DNA of 27,420 bases, from the NCBI GenBank assembly GCA_045837725.1, contig JBEWZL010000012.1, forward strand, positions 186,001-213,420, in the 5' to 3' direction. Made by a program: the position numbers and the translations under genes. Shown here one piece after another: positions 22,719 to 27,420 of this stretch (the first letter of the stretch is position 1; each line of letters begins with the position of its first letter). A model generated the notes under the pieces. It was not told the DNA's origin. It was given only the letters and a program-made list of their open reading frames with translations, and ran no database searches. This DNA is from Vermamoeba vermiformis. Lineage: Eukaryota.

Positions 22719-23551
22719 TTTTTTTTTGTTTTTTTTTCTTTTTTTTCGCTTTTCTCTATCTTTTGTTGTTCTTTTTTGTTTTTTTTTGAGAGTCGGTGGT
22801 GTAGGAGGGTGGGGGTTTGTAGTGACACGCGATGGTGGGGTGGCTAGGTGGGGGGGCGAGTTGGCAAGCGCTGTGATGGCTAAGACAGTGGGTCGTGGGC
22901 GAAGGCGTCAGTAGGAGGGGGGGGGAGTTGGCAGGAGCAAGGCGTGCGGAGGGAGCGGGCGGCGGGCGGGGAGGGGGGGCACAAGAGAGGGGGGCGGGGG
23001 GGAGGAGCGGGGGGGAGGGCGGGGGGGAGGGGTCTCAGTACGACTTCGTCCCCGATCTCCCTACAAAATTATCGGGTATTTAGAAAAAGCACGAAAATGC
23101 GAAATACATTTGAAAACGAGCTTACCCATGATGATAGGAACGTGGCTATATACAAAAAATAATAGGGCTCTACAAGCAACGTAAGCATCTGTATCCGAAA
23201 GGCGGGCATCGATAAAAACCCGCAATTTGACACAAAAAACATCACAACAATTATTTTGTGTTATATATAGGCATTATATCATTTTTATAAAGAGGTAAAG
23301 AGTATATTAATTAATCAATAAATATGGCGCCAATTTGAAAATGAGAAAAATATTATTTGAAATTGGATTGATCGTTAATTATAAGCACATAATTAAATAC
23401 GCTACTTACTATATGATATTACAGAATATATTGAATTCAAATCTTGTTGCCTTCGTTGCTCGAGATCGTCGTCTTCAATCTGCTTGTCTAAATCGTCTGC
23501 TTCAAGCGGGACGGTGTCTCGTGTATTTTTAGTGGCATTATTCAATTCCAT
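20135..23551 (-). CDS. SLC40A1: Ferroportin / IREG (SLC40 family) metal exporter, ~519 aa if the exon-3 insert is removed; interrupted as assembled
   Basis: Exons 23551-23410, 23169-23126, 23060-23052 + 22669-22519 (split), 22456-22365, 22304-22212, 22159-22090, 22007-21867, 21655-21341, 21163-21054, 20920-20795, 20630-20485, 20255-20135. Family motifs: LYIATFLSSWGDR/MWTFSV, ISIAKDW, TNANVRRIDLFCK, YLTVLSPGSLMTAYL, SRAPLWSFDLIETQMMQ..V.EEERGVVNSVE. Confidence 0.92.
22669..23032. repeat. Poly-T tract decaying into T-rich, then G-rich low-complexity sequence
   Basis: Nearly pure T at 22669-22727, T-rich to ~22787, and G-run-rich at ~22788-23032. The composition is unlike the rest of the window. 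Confidence 0.9.
22670..23051 (-). mobile_element. Poly(A)-tailed insertion inside ferroportin exon 3 (possible retroposon/SINE-like insert; interior may be low-quality sequence)
   Basis: On the minus strand it begins GGACGAAGTCGTACTGAGAC, continues with a C-rich body and ends in a ~60-nt poly(A). It sits exactly between the codons GGA GAT CGG and ATG TGG. It has no GT..AG ends and no visible target-site duplication. Confidence 0.45.
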
Positions 23552-24055
23552 CCCATATTAGCCCATATAATAAATATCTAATGGTTTGGTGTTCAACCGC
23601 AGAAAAAATTACAAAAATGAACTGATTGCGATAATTTTGAAATGAGGCTTAAAAATAAGATTTGAAGCATGATATAAGTATGGTGCTGTTATATAGACGA
23701 CTAAGAGTGCTTTTATGAAGTTTTGTTGAGGATTCGTGGTCTGAAAACGTGTTAGAAATTCCGCAACAGCGCGACCCCGGATCAAAACGTTTAAGATGAC
23801 AAATCTCAGTGTGATTTCAGGTGGTCTTATCCACAACTTGTAATTCAAAGTGAAATGAATCTCTGAATTAATTATTTTGCCTAATATGGTCAAAACCCTG
23901 CTTGAAGCCCTGAGCGGTGAACCACGGCCAAACCAAAAGAGAATTCCGAGCAAGGATTCATGACACCATAATCGCAACAACAACCACCAGTATTTATTTA
24001 TTTTTTGTTGCGACGCATCTTACGTCATAATTCCAAAAAATAAAATGAAAATATT
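23552..24055. promoter_or_regulatory. Probable bidirectional promoter/5'UTR region between ferroportin and MAP2K
   Basis: About 500 bp separating divergent start codons (23551 on minus, 24056/24062 on plus). Inferred from position only. Confidence 0.5.
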
Positions 24056-24061
24056 ATGACA

Positions 24062-27000
24062 ATGTCGAAGAAAGGATTACGATTAACGCCTATTATCACA
24101 GACGCTGCCAAAAAATATAAGTAAGGATTTTTTAAATTACTAACAAAGTTAGAAACTTGAGATCGTTTCACTAATTTAATTTACAACTTGATCAAGCAGT
24201 TTGCCTTTATTTTCCTTTCAATTTGCCATATATACTATTAATATATCTTTGTAATAATATTTTTCTTCATAATAGCTCTGACCCAACAATCTTGCGGGTT
24301 CAGGACAACATCACCATCGGAGAACACGGATTGCTGGTCAACGGCGAACGGTCTTCTATTATAGGTAATGATCGATCATGTATTTATATGAAGCGTATAT
24401 TGCGTTAATTGATAGGCAGCTATACCATTTAAATTTGAAATCTGAGCGATCGGATCGTGGGAACGCCTCAAATGCTGTTTCAATAGCGAGTAAAAAACCT
24501 ATGCGGCACATTATTTGCAAAAATATCGAAGATATTTCTCCTGCCTCATTAAAAGCCCCGATATCACGCTCAGATCTAATCTTTATTTTTCAAATTGATT
24601 CTTTCAATATTAAAGCACTAAATTTCGCCGAATTGCTCAAATCTACGGCAATTAAGTGTAAAATAGGGTTAATTGCTTGTGTGGTATTTGCTGCACTCCA
24701 ATTATTTCAGTTTTTAAGGCATTGCAAATCATCTTTCAGAACTTGGTCGGATGCGACTAATTTTTCTTTACATTTATTACAACGATAATAATGTATGATA
24801 TCTTTGGCAATTAATCCGCTTTTTCGTGCTTCCGCTCCTCGGCCTTTTTTCCTTATTTAACCTTATTTCCTTTTATAGAAGGATTGACGGACCTCGAAGA
24901 CATATGCGTCCTTGGATCTGGTGCTTGTGGTATAGTAAAGAAAGTGAAGCATAAAACATCGAATCAAATTTATGCGTTGAAGGTACGTAGCAGTCGTTTC
25001 AAAAAATTTTTTCGAAATCTGTTTTTTTGAGAACGCTCGTCGAAATTAGAGCAATTTATCGTGTTACGAGCTCGGAAAAAATCAAAGCATATTGGCGGAT
25101 ACCTAGTCCGCTGGTCTTCGTGGACCTACAATCAAGTTAACGAATCGGATCTACTTTTAGATCGATAAATTGACTGAAAAATCGATTCAAATATGCCATA
25201 ATAGCCATTTAAATCCATTAAAAATACCATTTATGATTATTATACCATTTCTTTGTTAATTACATTGCATTATTATTCAGATTACATTTGCAACTACTAA
25301 CATTCAATTTGTTTTTGCAATAATTAGACTGTTACAGCTGAAATAGACGACAAAGTGTTGAATAAGCAGCTACTAGAATTAAAGACATATCATCAAGTAA
25401 GTTGAGCGCATAATTTCAGTTTTTTCAGATCCGATCGCGATCTCTGAAAACACCAGCACGCTCTAACCCGAAAATTGCTATTTATAGTCCAACCATCCAT
25501 ATATAGTATCATTCTATGGCGCATTTTATACAGAAGGACGGCTATCGTTTGTTTTGGAGTATATGGATGCCGGAACTTTAGCAGATTTGATTAAAGCGGG
25601 ACCGATTCCCGAGAACGTATTAGCAAGATTAACAGCTCAGGTACTATACTTAATATAATACTATAATTATCGAGCTAACTCTTCGTACAGATTTTAACTG
25701 GCTTAGAATACCTGCATAAACAACTTCATATTATTCATCGCGACATTAAACCACAAAATATATTGATAAATAGTAAAGGTACGTATACATAGACTATTAT
25801 AAGCATGTACCGTACCATAGTTATCCGTTCATAAGATCCAGTACGCGGCCAAAAAATTTCGGCCAAATATTTTCCGAAGAATTTTCTCGCAAAATGGCTC
25901 GTAACCATCGATCCACCGTTATTGAGCACAATATGCCCTAATATGACCATACTAATGCTATATCGTTCTAATTTCATGCTTAGGTCAAGCTAAAATTACC
26001 GATTTTGGCGTCAGCGGCGAAATTGCTCATACGCAAGCTATGGCAAAGACTTTTGTAGGCACAGCGAAGTACATGTCGGTAAGTAGTATTATATGCATCA
26101 TAATAGATCCATATTTATCAATTTAACGGCGTTAGATTCGATTTTAATATTTGTTTTTCTAGCCGGATCGGATTGCGGGCAACGTTCATTCAGCGAAGAG
26201 CGATATTTGGAGTTTAGGACTCGTAGTATTAGAATGTGCCTTAGGCAAGCATCCTTATGAAGCTAATAAGCGGAATTCAGGGTAAGTCTTATCGTCCATC
26301 TCGATCGGTCAACTTGCGAGATCTTTATTTGATTCTAAACATCGAAATTTTGTCTTATAAATAACCATAATAAGCGTAAAATAACGAATAGTTATAAATA
26401 TTTTTAATGATTCGATCCGCTGCGTAATATTAGCGTAAAAAGTCTTCTTACGATCCATCCAAATTTTTTTCCGCCGCAACAGCGGATAAACTTAACAGCT
26501 ACTATATCCAATATAATCCTATTATATGAATACCATACTATATACAATACTAACGGACGATATATCTTGCCAGATCTTCCTTTTTTGAGTTGTTGAACGA
26601 CATTGTAAGACAACCCCCGCCAATGCCTCCCAGTGACAAATTTTCCCCTGAATTTGTGTCATTTATTCGTGACTGGTAAGGACTATAATCAGTTAATATT
26701 ATGACCCCTATAATGAAATTAACGATCGAATTTTCAGTTTGCAAAAAGAAGAGGACAAACGGGCTGATAGCACGTCACTACTGGTAAGTCTGAGTCATTA
26801 TTAGTATATTATTAGATATATATGGCCTATTTAAGTAATAATACGCTTATTATTGCACGTTGCATATTCGGAGCAATTCCGATGCCGCGGCGATAATTAA
26901 TTTTTTTATGACACTTGACGTTTTGTTACAATCTTGCAATTGCAGACACTTTAATATATACTTCAATTGTATGAGGCATACGACTGACGGAATAATTCTA

Positions 27001-27325
27001 TTAATAGAAACATCCATTTATTGCGAAGTACACTGAAAATGACGCGGATGTGTCAGCGTGGATCAAGAAGACTTTAATTTCGTTAGGCAAACCAGTGTCG
27101 AACGAACCGATAGATAACACTAATAATAATAGCAATATCAATAGTAATACCACTGATGAAGCCAAAAAATTGAAAATGACACAATCAGCGCCAGCGACAT
27201 TAGCTTCACTGCCTGGCCCTAAAATTTCAACAATTATCGACGACGAGCCGTCTGGTCGAAAAAAGAAAAAAGATAAAGAGAAGGATAAGGACAAAGATAA
27301 GGACAAGAAGAATAAGCTCAAGTAA
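24062..27325 (+). CDS. MAP kinase kinase (STE7/MEK family), ~413 aa, 11 exons
   Basis: Exons 24062-24120 (alternative in-frame ATG at 24056), 24276-24364, 24879-24982, 25328-25396, 25488-25640, 25691-25778, 25984-26078, 26163-26281, 26574-26675, 26738-26783, 27008-27325. Motifs: KKGLRL docking site, [79 protein letters not shown]. Confidence 0.93.
27259..27322 (+). repeat. Coding K/D dipeptide repeat at the MAP2K C-terminus
   Basis: Imperfect AARGAY hexamer repeat encoding [21 protein letters not shown]. Confidence 0.8.
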
Positions 27326-27420
27326 TCGATCACATCCACATTCGTGAGCGTTCGATCGAAAAACAATCAACTCCCCGTGTATTATTTGTTAATGCGATAA
27401 AAAAACAAAGTTTGTTTTAC

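Noticed and set aside
22726-23162. Gly/Arg/Phe-rich ORFs and G-quadruplex-like tracts on the plus strand
   Set aside because: By-products of low-complexity, possibly erroneous sequence inside the insert.
23800-23818. IRE-like hairpin AAATCT-CAGTGT-GATTT upstream of ferroportin
   Set aside because: It is on the opposite strand from ferroportin, and the loop/stem register does not match a canonical C-N5-CAGUGN IRE.
24378-24788. 136-aa plus-strand ORF, and 124-aa minus-strand ORF at 23609-23983
   Set aside because: One lies inside MAP2K intron 2 and the other in the promoter region. Both have AT-rich non-coding composition and no recognisable motifs.
1-27420. tRNA, rRNA, CRISPR or transposase/reverse transcriptase genes
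   Set aside because: No cloverleaf, rRNA motifs, repeat-spacer array or DDE/RT motifs were seen by eye.

Overview
Intron-rich eukaryotic (protist-like) genomic DNA with AT-rich introns and frequent GTACG/GTGCG splice donors. The ORF track shows only fragments, so I rebuilt the genes by following GT..AG boundaries and checking reading phase. Six tandem minus-strand genes: (1) a Ras-association/ubiquitin-like + calponin-homology protein running off the left edge; (2) a 15-exon, ~993-aa PWWP + C2H2 zinc finger + multi-AT-hook chromatin protein, whose intron 2 hosts a box C/D snoRNA matching the U6 A47 guide (mgU6-47/SNORD7/Z30); (3) a ~237-aa stand-alone lambda-repressor-like HTH protein; (4) a ~200-aa C2-SH3 protein with a GC-AG first intron; (5) a 23-exon, ~1383-aa Kelch/coiled-coil/ankyrin protein with an unassigned C-terminal region; (6) a ferroportin (SLC40) gene whose exon 3 is split between the GDR and MW codons by a ~380-bp poly(A)-tailed insert. 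A divergent plus-strand MAP kinase kinase gene ends the window. Best leads: a second, bipartite U6-complementary element in the snoRNA that would loop out the UACAGA/m6A site, the ferroportin insertion, and the solo HTH protein. All gene models and homology calls are by eye and untested.
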